Position numbers and translations under genes: made by a program. Below the pieces are notes generated by a model. That model saw only the letters and a list, made by a program, of their open reading frames with translations. It searched no databases and was not told the origin of the DNA. This document shows positions 27,488 to 36,875 of a stretch of DNA of 64,000 nucleotides, piece by piece. The stretch's first letter is position 1. Each line of letters opens with the position of its first letter. Source of the DNA: Candidatus Parvarchaeota archaeon (GTDB lineage Archaea; Nanobdellota; Nanobdellia; JAFCGN01); contig JAFCGN010000002.1 of the NCBI GenBank assembly GCA_017608045.1, positions 116,151 to 180,150 of the forward strand, given 5' to 3'.

Positions 27488-30127
27488 TTAACACCCTTTT
27501 ATTTCAGTTTGGAGCAGGCTATAATTTCCTTTTTTTCTGTCTTTCAGTTCTGCTAATTTACTTTTATTCCAATTATTGTATTCTTTGTCTTCTTTTTTGC
27601 CTTTTATTACTGAATAATACCCAACAACCCTGCTCATACCATAAACATTTTCACTGCCACAATATGGACATTTCATGTTTTCTTCATTAAACCCTGCACT
27701 TACTTTATGACATTCCTCGCAAACAGTAAATTCAGGGCTTATTACGATTTGAGCAGATTGCGTGTTTTCCCATGTTCTTTTTACAAGATTAAAAATGCTT
27801 TCTGCTGAAGGTCTTTCTTCACCTACAAAAACATGTGTTATTGCACCGCTCTCAATTAGAGGATTAAATCTTGCTTGTTTTTCAATTCTTTCTAATATAT
27901 CTATATTCGCATCTGGTTCAAAATGTATGCTGTTAGTATAATAAACCTCACCTGTTTTAATATTGCCTTTAACAAGAGGTTTTGCTTGCTCAGGATAATT
28001 TCTTAAATCCATTGTTGCTAAACGCAATGAAGCGCTTTCTGCTGGCGTTTCTTCAAGACTTATTTTTAAACCTGTTTTCTTTTCTAACTCTTTTATTTTT
28101 AGATACATTGAAGAAATAATTTTAATTCCAAGCTTGTAAGCTTCTTCGCTTTCATGCAAAGCTTTTCCTGTTAAATGTTTAACGCATTCATTTAAACCTA
28201 TTATTCCAATTATATATGTGGCTTTATCTAAATCAATATATGGTTCTCCGTCAGGACCTATTTTTCCAACTTGCCATAATGGTGCTTCGGGTTTACTCAT
28301 TAATTTTTCTATAAACTTTCTTTTCTGGAAGTGCGCTTTCATTGCTAAGTCAATCATTTTGTTTAATTCTTTTAGCGTTCCATCCACTGTTTTGCCCCTA
28401 TACGCTGCTTGAGGAAGATTTATACTTACATTCTGAAATCCACAAAATCTTAATTTTTCAGGGTGTTTCAATACTTCAGGGTTTTCAACTTTTGTTCTTA
28501 ATCTGCAACACGCACTTAATACAACATCATCTCTGTCAAAAACAAAATAAGTTGAACCATTTTTGCTTGAAACCTCGCATGCTCTCATAAGAAGTTTTTT
28601 TTGCACAGGGTCTTCAAAAGAATTTTGGTTTATGTGTAAATCAAGTTTTGGAAAAGGGAAAGGTTTTCCATAAGCATCTCCTTCTTCCCAAACATCCATC
28701 AATGCTTTAGCAAAAGCTTGGGCTTCAGGTTCAAAATCTTGATAAGTTAAAACTTTGTACCCTTGCGGGATTTTTTTTGGGATTTCATCAACATAAATTA
28801 TTTCATCCCCTTTTTCAAGCATATATTTTCCTCCTTTTCCAATTGCAGGAACATTTTTTAAATGTTGAGGCACTTCTAAATGAACATTAAAATCAATAAA
28901 AAGTGTTTGCCCTCCTCTTGAAAAAGCATTTTGGCTGCACGAAAAAATAAGGTATTGTGCTTCTTGTTTTAGTTGTTTTTCTGACATGCCTTTTAAAAAA
29001 GGAGCATAAAAGATATTCACATGGCTTATGCCTAATGCTCCGGCGTAGTATGCTTGCATGGTTGCTAAAAATGTATTTAAATGACCTGTAAGAGTTTGAG
29101 CATGCTTTGCAGGAGAAGAATCAGTTGTTAAGTTTTCTAAATGCAATCCAAATTTTTTTAAATATTCTAAGCTATGCGCACTGCAATACACTCTTATTGG
29201 ATAACCTAAATCATGAAGATATATTTTTCCCGACAAATGCGCATCACTGACTTCTTCACTAAATATTTCTTGAAGAGCATATTGCTTTAATGTGTTTTCT
29301 GCAATTGCTAAATTGATTGCTTCTGGATTGTTTGCCATCACATTACTGTTTTCATTGCTTTTGCTAAAAATCAATTGATTTAAATTATAGGTTGGCATTC
29401 CAAGAAGAGTGTGTTTTTGTATTTTTTTATCATAACCCCTCATTAATAATTCATTATCTATCAGTTCTCTAATTAAATTTACAGTTATTGTCTTTATGCC
29501 TGTTGCAATAATTTTTTTTTCTACACTATCAGCAATATCTTCTGCCTGTTCTTTTTGAACTCTTACTTCTTTTATTAAAGAGCTTATTATTCTCTTTTTA
29601 TTCCAGGGAGATAAATAACCTTTGCGCGTTGTTGCTACAAGAAGCAAATCTGTTGTATCCCCTTCTTCAACTTCTTTTATAACTTTTAATTCATCAAGAG
29701 CCTTTTCATATGATTTTAAATCTGTAAATTCTTTGTACACGCTTGCAAATCTTACATAAGCAACTTTATCAACTTTTTTTAATTCTTCAATAACTAAATC
29801 ACCAATTACAGAGCTTTTGATTTCTTCTTTATCCATTTTTAAAAGTTCTTTTTCTACATTATCCACAATCTTATTTATTTGTTCAATAGTGACAGGACGT
29901 TTTTTGCAAGCTTCAATAACCCCTCTTTTTATTTTATTTCTGTCAAATTGTTCTCTGCTATTATCTTTTTTAATAACAAGTATGTTTGTTAATTCTGCTC
30001 TTTCATATGTTGTAAATCTTCTTTTGCATGAGAGGCATTCTCTTCTGCGTCTATTAGTATTAATTTCAGACCCAACACCTCTTTTATCAACAACTCTTGT
30101 CTCCCCACCGCAATAAGGACATCTCAA
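27488..30127 (-). CDS. nrdD: Anaerobic (class III) ribonucleoside-triphosphate reductase with an N-terminal full-length NrdR-like module (Zn ribbon + ATP cone). TTG start.
   Basis: Residues 1-~150 match NrdR (MRCPYCGG…RRRRECLSCKRRFTTYE…KVDKVAYVRFASVY). NrdD core follows, then glycyl radical motif SRVVGYY and C-terminal CxxC…CxxC. GGTGG sits 5 nt upstream of the TTG. Confidence 0.85.
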   Translation of the reverse strand: MRCPYCGGETRVVDKRGVGSEINTNRRRRECLSCKRRFTTYERAELTNILVIKKDNSREQFDRNKIKRGVIEACKKRPVTIEQINKIVDNVEKELLKMDKEEIKSSVIGDLVIEELKKVDKVAYVRFASVYKEFTDLKSYEKALDELKVIKEVEEGDTTDLLLVATTRKGYLSPWNKKRIISSLIKEVRVQKEQAEDIADSVEKKIIATGIKTITVNLIRELIDNELLMRGYDKKIQKHTLLGMPTYNLNQLIFSKSNENSNVMANNPEAINLAIAENTLKQYALQEIFSEEVSDAHLSGKIYLHDLGYPIRVYCSAHSLEYLKKFGLHLENLTTDSSPAKHAQTLTGHLNTFLATMQAYYAGALGISHVNIFYAPFLKGMSEKQLKQEAQYLIFSCSQNAFSRGGQTLFIDFNVHLEVPQHLKNVPAIGKGGKYMLEKGDEIIYVDEIPKKIPQGYKVLTYQDFEPEAQAFAKALMDVWEEGDAYGKPFPFPKLDLHINQNSFEDPVQKKLLMRACEVSSKNGSTYFVFDRDDVVLSACCRLRTKVENPEVLKHPEKLRFCGFQNVSINLPQAAYRGKTVDGTLKELNKMIDLAMKAHFQKRKFIEKLMSKPEAPLWQVGKIGPDGEPYIDLDKATYIIGIIGLNECVKHLTGKALHESEEAYKLGIKIISSMYLKIKELEKKTGLKISLEETPAESASLRLATMDLRNYPEQAKPLVKGNIKTGEVYYTNSIHFEPDANIDILERIEKQARFNPLIESGAITHVFVGEERPSAESIFNLVKRTWENTQSAQIVISPEFTVCEECHKVSAGFNEENMKCPYCGSENVYGMSRVVGYYSVIKGKKEDKEYNNWNKSKLAELKDRKKGNYSLLQTEIKGC

Positions 30128-30141
30128 AAAACCACCCTAAT

Positions 30142-30157
30142 ATACAATATCTTGTGT
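30142..30157 (-). promoter_or_regulatory. NrdR-box-like imperfect palindrome upstream of the nrdD start
   Basis: Reverse complement ACACAAGATATTGTAT versus recalled NrdR box consensus acaCwAtATaTwGtgt: 14/16 positions. Lies 15-30 nt upstream of the TTG start. Confidence 0.3.
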
Positions 30158-30286
30158 TCAATTTTTTGATTGAACCACAATCTTAAACAATAAATCAATT
30201 TTACTCTTTTCTTGTTTATATTCTTTTATATATTATAGAAAGCAATTATTGAGTAATAGTTACACTTAAACTGAAAAATGTTTGAA

Positions 30287-30889
30287 TTAAGAAAAATTTT
30301 TTAAGATATTCTCGCAAAAAAATTCTTCACACTCCTTAGGTCTTGTTTTGTTATGTATTGCACACCCCCATTTAGTTATAAAAAGGCAGTTTTTGAAAAT
30401 AATTTTTTTCTTACTAATATTTTTAATTTTGATTAATTCCTTGATTTTTTCATTGAATTCTTTTTTTGTATCAAAAAAGTATCCTTTTTTTGTTAATTTT
30501 TTATTTTCTTCTTTTATATCATTTAAAATTACAGGAAGCACAATAGAAAGGAATTCGTCTCTTTTATTTTTTAAAATTTCATTTGAAAGTTTTTCTGTAT
30601 TAAAAAAATTTTTTATTTTTTTCAGATACATTAAGTATTCTTTCTTTAATGAAAGTTTTTCAATTGCTTCTTCAAAGATTTTTTTCAGATTATTTTTTGT
30701 GTATTCATAGGGAACTGTTTTAAATAATTGAGTGCAGCACTTTGTGCAACCAAGAGGGCACCTGTGTTTTGCGTTTTTGTTTGAATAAGTTTCTAATTCT
30801 TTTTTGATTCTTTTTCCTTCATTTTTAACATTTTTTCTAATTTTTGAACAAAAATTTTCTGTTAAAGAAAAAAGCATTTCTGTTTTCAT
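30287..30889 (-). CDS. YkgJ/UPF0153-like Cys-cluster protein (putative Zn/Fe-chelating domain)
   Basis: CPLGCTKCC cluster. Downstream GCAIHNKTRPKECEEFFC resembles the YkgJ-family C…RP…C motif. Confidence 0.45.
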   Translation of the reverse strand: MKTEMLFSLTENFCSKIRKNVKNEGKRIKKELETYSNKNAKHRCPLGCTKCCTQLFKTVPYEYTKNNLKKIFEEAIEKLSLKKEYLMYLKKIKNFFNTEKLSNEILKNKRDEFLSIVLPVILNDIKEENKKLTKKGYFFDTKKEFNEKIKELIKIKNISKKKIIFKNCLFITKWGCAIHNKTRPKECEEFFCENILKNFS

Positions 30890-31809
30890 CTTGTCATCAC
30901 TATCAATGTAAGATAGATAACAAAACTCATAAGTAAGAATATGCCTTCATTTTTGCTTATTTTTTTGTCATTAATCATCATTATGCTAAGGACAAGTGAA
31001 CTTAAGAAAAAGAACAACCAAGATACTAAAATAAAAGTGTTTATTGTGAAATTTATTGGATTTATAACAGAGGTTATTCCAAGGATTAAAAGCACATTTG
31101 TAATATTGCTTCCGATTATGTTGCCTATTCCTAATTTTGAATTGTTATTTTTTGAAGATGCTATGCTTGTTGCTAATTCAGGCATGCTCGTGCCGATTGC
31201 TACAACAGTTAATCCGAAAAGAGTTAAATTAATCCCATAACTTTTAGCTAAGAAAACAGAGCTTGAAACAACAAGATATCCTGAAATAATTATGCCAAAA
31301 ATTGTAAATGGTGTTACAATCATTTCTTTTGCAATCTTGGCTTTTGTTATTATCTTGCCTTCAAAGAATTTTGATTTATGCATAAAATAATGGTATGCAA
31401 AATATGAAATTATTAAAATAATTCCTTCTGTTCTTGATAAATAACCGTTCATCAAAAAAATAAGCACAAGAATTGTGGAGAGTATGATTGGTATTGTCTC
31501 TTTTATTTCCCCTTTCCTTATATTTCTTATTGGTCTAATCAATGCCATAACTCCAATAATTAAAAGCGTATTTACAATATTGCTTCCAACAAGATTGCCT
31601 ATTGATAATTGATTAACTTTTAAAATACCTGCTGTTGTAGCGCTTATAAGTTCTGGAAAACTTGTTCCAAGTGCTAAAAGCATTGTTCCAAGAAAAAAAG
31701 AATTTATTCTTAGTTTTTTTGCAAACATTGAAAGAGAGCGCGTTAAAAGGTCTGACAAGTAGAAAATAAGGACTAATGAAAGGAATAATATAAATGCATC
31801 AGTTATCAT
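30886..31809 (-). CDS. Na+/Ca2+ exchanger family (CaCA, YrbG-like) membrane protein
   Basis: Two alpha-repeat signatures: GTSFPELISATTAG…GNLVGSNIVN and GTSMPELATSIASS…GNIIGSNITN. Confidence 0.8.
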   Translation of the reverse strand: MITDAFILFLSLVLIFYLSDLLTRSLSMFAKKLRINSFFLGTMLLALGTSFPELISATTAGILKVNQLSIGNLVGSNIVNTLLIIGVMALIRPIRNIRKGEIKETIPIILSTILVLIFLMNGYLSRTEGIILIISYFAYHYFMHKSKFFEGKIITKAKIAKEMIVTPFTIFGIIISGYLVVSSSVFLAKSYGINLTLFGLTVVAIGTSMPELATSIASSKNNNSKLGIGNIIGSNITNVLLILGITSVINPINFTINTFILVSWLFFFLSSLVLSIMMINDKKISKNEGIFLLMSFVIYLTLIVMTR

Positions 31810-31867
31810 TCATTATTTAAAATTTTTATGAATTAATAATGTTTTTGCAATATGTTGCAAATAAATC

Positions 31868-32437
31868 TTACACTAATTTATAAACGCCTTTTTTTGGTTC
31901 AAAAACATCACCTAATTCCATAAGTGTTTTTAGAATTTCTTTTATTTTTTCTTCTTTAATATTTAAATTCTCTTTCAAGCTTTCCATGTTCATGCCATTG
32001 TTTTCTTTAAGAAGTTTAATTAATCTTGTTATTTCATCATTTTCTGCATCTTTATTTATATTCTTTGTTAAACCTTCTTTTTTTGTCAGTATTTCCCTAA
32101 TTATTTTATGAAAATAAAATTCATTTGGGTTTAATTTTTTTATGAATTCTGGTTGAACATAAACTTCTTCATTATAATTTTTTAGGAAACCAATAACTAA
32201 TACTTTGTCAGATTCCTTAATATTTTCCACAGTTTCTACATTGTCGAATATTCTTAATCCAATAACGCCTGTGCCATCATCAATACTAAAATAACAATAC
32301 TTGTTTTCTTCACCAATAAATTTTTTTAAAATAATGCCAATTAATCGTATTCTTTGCGGTGTTTCACTGAAATAATTTTTAATATTTTCTATTTTTTCAT
32401 AAACCGCTGTTATTCTTTGAGTAAAAATACTTACCAC
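31868..32437 (-). CDS. RPA-like OB-fold protein with C-terminal winged-helix-like region, co-operonic with mcm
   Basis: OB-like core FSIDDGTGVIGLRIFDN…KVLVIGFLKNYNEEVYVQPEF. C-terminal helical region LKENLNIKEEKIKEILKTLMELGDVFEPKKGVYKL. 7-nt overlap with mcm. Confidence 0.4.
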   Translation of the reverse strand: MVSIFTQRITAVYEKIENIKNYFSETPQRIRLIGIILKKFIGEENKYCYFSIDDGTGVIGLRIFDNVETVENIKESDKVLVIGFLKNYNEEVYVQPEFIKKLNPNEFYFHKIIREILTKKEGLTKNINKDAENDEITRLIKLLKENNGMNMESLKENLNIKEEKIKEILKTLMELGDVFEPKKGVYKLV

Positions 32438-34515
32438 CCCACTTTTTTAATCATGTCTTTTTTTGGTGTAAATATCTCCCCATCTCTTTTCATTCTTTCA
32501 AGAATTTCTTCTGCTTTTTTCCTGAGTTCTTCTGCTTTTTCCTTATCAGATTCTTTTTTTTCAATCTCTTGAAGTATCTCAATTACAGGTATTGCATCAG
32601 GGAACTTTTTTTCTAAATCATCAATTATGTTTTCAACTAATTTTTTGACAGCTCTTATTTTTGTTCTTTGTCTTGTTGTTATCCCTGTTAGTATTTTATC
32701 AATATCAAGCTCTCCTGTTTCTTCATCAGAGCTTATCTTTTTTAAACACCATTTGAGCAAATCAATAGCTCTTAGTGCATCTGCACGGTTTGCTGTGTTT
32801 TTCAATCTTATTCTTGCACTTGCTTCACTCAATCTTATGAGTGCTTCAAGTTGTCTTGCACTTATAGGAATTGCTCTTACTTCACTTTCTTTTGTTGTGT
32901 TTTTATTCCTTAAATTAACGTAAAAATTCATTATTTCTTCCATTGCATCAGGACCTAATTTTGGTTTTGAATGCATTTTGGCATAAGCAATATATTTTCT
33001 TAAAAACTCTGATTCAATTTCAGGGGTTTTACTTGTAGGATCGCTTGCAGCTTCTAATACGTAGCGGGCGATTTGCGTATCCCTCTCCCTGTTTGGAAGG
33101 TCTCTTAATACAAAAATCAAATCAAAACGATTTAGCAAAGTGGGTGGCATGTCTATTTGTTTGCCAAGAGGTTCGTATGGATCAAACCTTCCAAGTTTTG
33201 GGTTTGCCGCAGCTAAAATTGTGGTTTGCGCATTTAATGTGGCTTGTATATTTGCTTTACTTATGCTTACAGTTTCTTGCTCCATTACTTCATGCATTGC
33301 AACCCTGTCATCTGGATTCATTTTATCCATTTCATCAATGCAACAAATCCCGCCATTCGCGAGCACAAGAGCTCCAGCTTCTAAACTCCATCCTTTAAGA
33401 AATTCATCTTTAACAACAGTTGCTGTTAAACCCGCTCCTGTTGCCCCCTTTCCACTTACATATCTTGTTTTAGGTGCTGAGTTGCTTATGTATTTCAAAA
33501 TCTGACTTTTCGCCACACCAGGATCTCCAACAAGTATTATGTGAATGTTGCCTCTAACACTTGTGTTATCTCTTCTTACTTTTCTAACACCGCCAAATAA
33601 TTGGAGGGCAAGAGCTAACTTAATTTTTTCATGTCCTAATATTGAAGGTGCAATGCTATGAGTGAGTTTATCATAAATATCAGGGTCTCCTGCAAGTTTT
33701 TTTATTTCTTTTTCATCCTCTGGTGAAATTACTATTTCTTCAAAATCCTTGTCAATGCTTTCAGTATTGTTTGCTTTAATAATGAGATCATAACGCGTGG
33801 TTGCACTTCCTGTCTTACTATAAACAAGAATTTCTTTAACAATTCCAATGACTTTTATTTTGCTTCCTGGCGCTGTTTTTTTAACTATTTCAGGATCTAC
33901 AAGATCTCCTTGCAAAAAAACACTTATTCTTTTAGGTTGCGCTCCACCTTCAAGCATTTCAGGTATTTCTTCAATAACAATTCTCTGAGTATCAATTAAT
34001 TTTTTGCCTACTTCTTTGAATCCTCCTCTGCGTCCGCAATTAGGACAAACTTTTGGCAGTGTTAATTTGAATTCATTTTGGGGAACAAGAATTTTTTGGG
34101 AACAACTTGGACACTCAAAAGTTATTTCTTTACTTACTGGTCTTACATCACTTGCTTGGCGAACCAAGCCATCAACAACAATGAATTTATTAATATGTTT
34201 TGCTCTTATATTTCGTATTTCAACAGTTCTGTCTTCCGGAAGATTCGTGAATCTTGGTATAATCTCTTCTTCATTTGCATCAATGTAGTATTCTTTAATT
34301 ACTTCTTTAAACAAATCAATTGTTTTTTCAGGAGAGTTTAATAATTCTTCACTTAATTCAGGGCTTTCAAGCTCTAATTCTTTAAAATCAATGATTAGTG
34401 AACGCAAACCTTTCGTAATTGCTTCTGTGAGTTTTTTTTTATAAGTTTTTTCTAAAAAATTGCTGAATTCTTTTACAATCTCTTTGTCTTCCAATAAAAC
34501 CACCCACAGGAACAA
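32431..34515 (-). CDS. mcm: MCM replicative helicase
   Basis: Zn finger CPSCSQ…CPNCG. Walker A ILVGDPGVAKSQ. Walker B CCIDEMDKM. Arg finger SRFDLIF. Confidence 0.9.
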   Translation of the reverse strand: MFLWVVLLEDKEIVKEFSNFLEKTYKKKLTEAITKGLRSLIIDFKELELESPELSEELLNSPEKTIDLFKEVIKEYYIDANEEEIIPRFTNLPEDRTVEIRNIRAKHINKFIVVDGLVRQASDVRPVSKEITFECPSCSQKILVPQNEFKLTLPKVCPNCGRRGGFKEVGKKLIDTQRIVIEEIPEMLEGGAQPKRISVFLQGDLVDPEIVKKTAPGSKIKVIGIVKEILVYSKTGSATTRYDLIIKANNTESIDKDFEEIVISPEDEKEIKKLAGDPDIYDKLTHSIAPSILGHEKIKLALALQLFGGVRKVRRDNTSVRGNIHIILVGDPGVAKSQILKYISNSAPKTRYVSGKGATGAGLTATVVKDEFLKGWSLEAGALVLANGGICCIDEMDKMNPDDRVAMHEVMEQETVSISKANIQATLNAQTTILAAANPKLGRFDPYEPLGKQIDMPPTLLNRFDLIFVLRDLPNRERDTQIARYVLEAASDPTSKTPEIESEFLRKYIAYAKMHSKPKLGPDAMEEIMNFYVNLRNKNTTKESEVRAIPISARQLEALIRLSEASARIRLKNTANRADALRAIDLLKWCLKKISSDEETGELDIDKILTGITTRQRTKIRAVKKLVENIIDDLEKKFPDAIPVIEILQEIEKKESDKEKAEELRKKAEEILERMKRDGEIFTPKKDMIKKVGW

Positions 34516-34704
34516 GTCCTTATTTATACAAGACTTTACTTCATTTTTATGTATTTATATTCTTGAATACTATACCAACTTATTGCATTAAAAAATGCTT
34601 AAGGGTTTTTAATAAAAAGTTTTGGGATTGATTAGCATGTGATGAAAAAAACCCTGTCATGCGTTGTTTGAAAATTTTAATATTAACTTAATCTCAAGCA
34701 ATAA

Positions 34705-35883
34705 TTACAAAAAGTATTTCATGTTTTCTTTGTCAATTGGTATGAGTGTGTTTTGCTTGGTTTTTAATTGTGCTTTGATTATTGGAAAATATTGTTGTTT
34801 AGCAATGCGTTTGCTCGTGTGAGCTTGTTTAGCAATCATTCCTGCAACTTCATTCATAACGCTTCTTTTTTTTCTTGATTGCCATAATTTAAGTATTTTT
34901 TTTGGAGGATTGTATTTCACCCACTGAGTTTTTAGCTTTACTTCATTTGCAATACCTGCTGTCATAAGAATTCTTGCATAAAACCAATACCTATAATATT
35001 TCTTTTTTATGCCTAACTTGTAAAATTTGTTTGCTTTGTTTAAGACTTCATAAGCTCTTGCGAGTTCTTCTTTGGTTTTGCATTGATTTTTTAAATTTTC
35101 ATCAAGCCATAAAAAAATTTCATTCAAGTCCAACCCGCAATCCTCAAAAGCATTCATCATGTCATTGAATTCTTTTGCTTTGAATAAATCCTGCATTGCC
35201 TGAAAAATTGTTTTTTCATAGTTCCTAATAATTCCTAAATTTCCAAGAGTTTGGAAGTCATTTATGGCTGCTCTTACATCCCCTTGATAATTTTTTAAAA
35301 GTTCTGTTATTATTGAATCTTCAATTTTTAATTCCTTTTTCTTAATTATTTCTAAATAAATTTGTTTAATATCTTCTTTTGTTCTTTTTTTGAATTCAAT
35401 TGCTTTAACGTGTGAACGAAGTCCGCTGAGTTTTTTATTCCAATAATCATTGCATGTTAAAATAATTGGTGTTGGACTTTTTTTTATTACATTAATAAGT
35501 GCTGTTATTCCTCCCCTATCTTGATTTCCGTTTAATCCATCAATTTCATCTATGAGTATTAACTTATTTCTATTAAAAAGCGATTTTTGTTTTACAGCAT
35601 TCCCCACTAATGATTGAATTACTTCTTTATTTCTCTTATCACTGGCATTAATTTCAATTAATTCATAATTATGCTCTTTGCAAAAAGCATGCACTAATGC
35701 GGTTTTTCCTACACCCGGAGGCCCATAAAATAAAAGTGCTTTGTTTCCTGTTTTATATGTTTTAACAAAATTTGTGAGTTCCTCCTTCTGTTTGTTAAGC
35801 CCGTAAATATCGCTCAATTTTTTTGGTGTGAATTCATTGATTAACATTTTAACATGATTACCAGAGCAGTAATAATCTTGCAA
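34705..35883 (-). CDS. rfcL: Replication factor C large subunit
   Basis: AAA+ P-loop FYGPPGVGKT, DEID box (ILIDEIDGL), sensor motifs. Larger C-terminal region than the small subunit. Confidence 0.85.
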   Translation of the reverse strand: MQDYYCSGNHVKMLINEFTPKKLSDIYGLNKQKEELTNFVKTYKTGNKALLFYGPPGVGKTALVHAFCKEHNYELIEINASDKRNKEVIQSLVGNAVKQKSLFNRNKLILIDEIDGLNGNQDRGGITALINVIKKSPTPIILTCNDYWNKKLSGLRSHVKAIEFKKRTKEDIKQIYLEIIKKKELKIEDSIITELLKNYQGDVRAAINDFQTLGNLGIIRNYEKTIFQAMQDLFKAKEFNDMMNAFEDCGLDLNEIFLWLDENLKNQCKTKEELARAYEVLNKANKFYKLGIKKKYYRYWFYARILMTAGIANEVKLKTQWVKYNPPKKILKLWQSRKKRSVMNEVAGMIAKQAHTSKRIAKQQYFPIIKAQLKTKQNTLIPIDKENMKYFL

Positions 35884-36820
35884 GCAACCCGTTTAACTGC
35901 AATATATCATCGCTTCCTTCAACTATCCTATATTCCGTTGTAGCAATTTCATTAACAATCCTTATTTTTTTATCTACAGGGAGTTGAGAATTTATAATTA
36001 TATTGCATAATTGCTTTAATAAATCAAGTGAGGATAATCCATTGCTTATCATTAAGTTCATTATTTCATCTCTTGCTTTATTAAAATCCTTTTTAGATAT
36101 GTAAATAAGCAAGTTTTTAATTTCTTCAGGCCTTAAAGCAGAACTATACCCATAAATTACATCCTGAGTTATTTCTTTGCTTAAGATTGCACTTCCTTGT
36201 ATTATATTTATTGCTTTTCTTACATCACCTTCGCTTATTTCAAAAATTATTTCTAAAACATCTTTGTTTGCTTTTAATCCTTCTTTTTCAACAATTTTAT
36301 TCAAATAATCAACTACATCTTTTTTGTCAAGATATTTGAATTTAAAAACAGCACACCTGCTTTGAATAGGACTTATAATCTTGCTTACATAATTGCAGTC
36401 AAGAATGAATCTGCAAGTATTTGAATATTTTTCCATTATTCTTCTTAATGCGCTCTGCGCTTCTCTTGTTAATGCATCTGCTTCATCAAGCAGAATGAGT
36501 TTAAATGGCACATTACTTATGGCTTTAGTTCTTGCAAAATTTTTTACTTTATTTCTTATTGTTTCAATTCCTCTTTCATCACTTGCATTTAATTCTAAAA
36601 GATTTTCTTTCCAAGAATCTCCAAACAATTCTTTTGCTATGCATAAAGCAGCAGTAGTTTTTCCTACACCCGGAGGCCCTGAGAATAAAACATTTGGAAG
36701 AGATTTTGTTTGCACAAACAACTTTAATCTATTAATAATTTCTTTTTGGCCAAGCATTTCATTCAATTTTTTCGGCCTATATTTTTCAGTCCATAATTGA
36801 GAATTATTAAACAACATCAT
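35858..36820 (-). CDS. rfcS: Replication factor C small subunit
   Basis: WTEKYRPKKLNEMLGQ, FSGPPGVGKTT, LLDEAD, SRC motif. Confidence 0.9.
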   Translation of the reverse strand: MMLFNNSQLWTEKYRPKKLNEMLGQKEIINRLKLFVQTKSLPNVLFSGPPGVGKTTAALCIAKELFGDSWKENLLELNASDERGIETIRNKVKNFARTKAISNVPFKLILLDEADALTREAQSALRRIMEKYSNTCRFILDCNYVSKIISPIQSRCAVFKFKYLDKKDVVDYLNKIVEKEGLKANKDVLEIIFEISEGDVRKAINIIQGSAILSKEITQDVIYGYSSALRPEEIKNLLIYISKKDFNKARDEIMNLMISNGLSSLDLLKQLCNIIINSQLPVDKKIRIVNEIATTEYRIVEGSDDILQLNGLLARLLLLW

Positions 36821-36875
36821 GATTTAGACATAAACACCTAATTGTTTAAAAAGATTAAGGTAAAAAATCATGTAT

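Noticed and set aside
30156-30175. Palindrome GTTCAAT-N6-ATTGAAC upstream of nrdD as a stand-alone terminator or operator call
   Set aside because: Arms are short (7 bp) and AT-rich. It could be an operator half-site pair, but alone it is not convincing, so it is reported only within the NrdR finding.
34516-34704. 189-nt intergenic region upstream of mcm as a possible replication origin with ORB elements
   Set aside because: No recognisable ORB or mini-ORB repeats by eye. Archaeal origins usually flank orc1/cdc6, which is not in this window.
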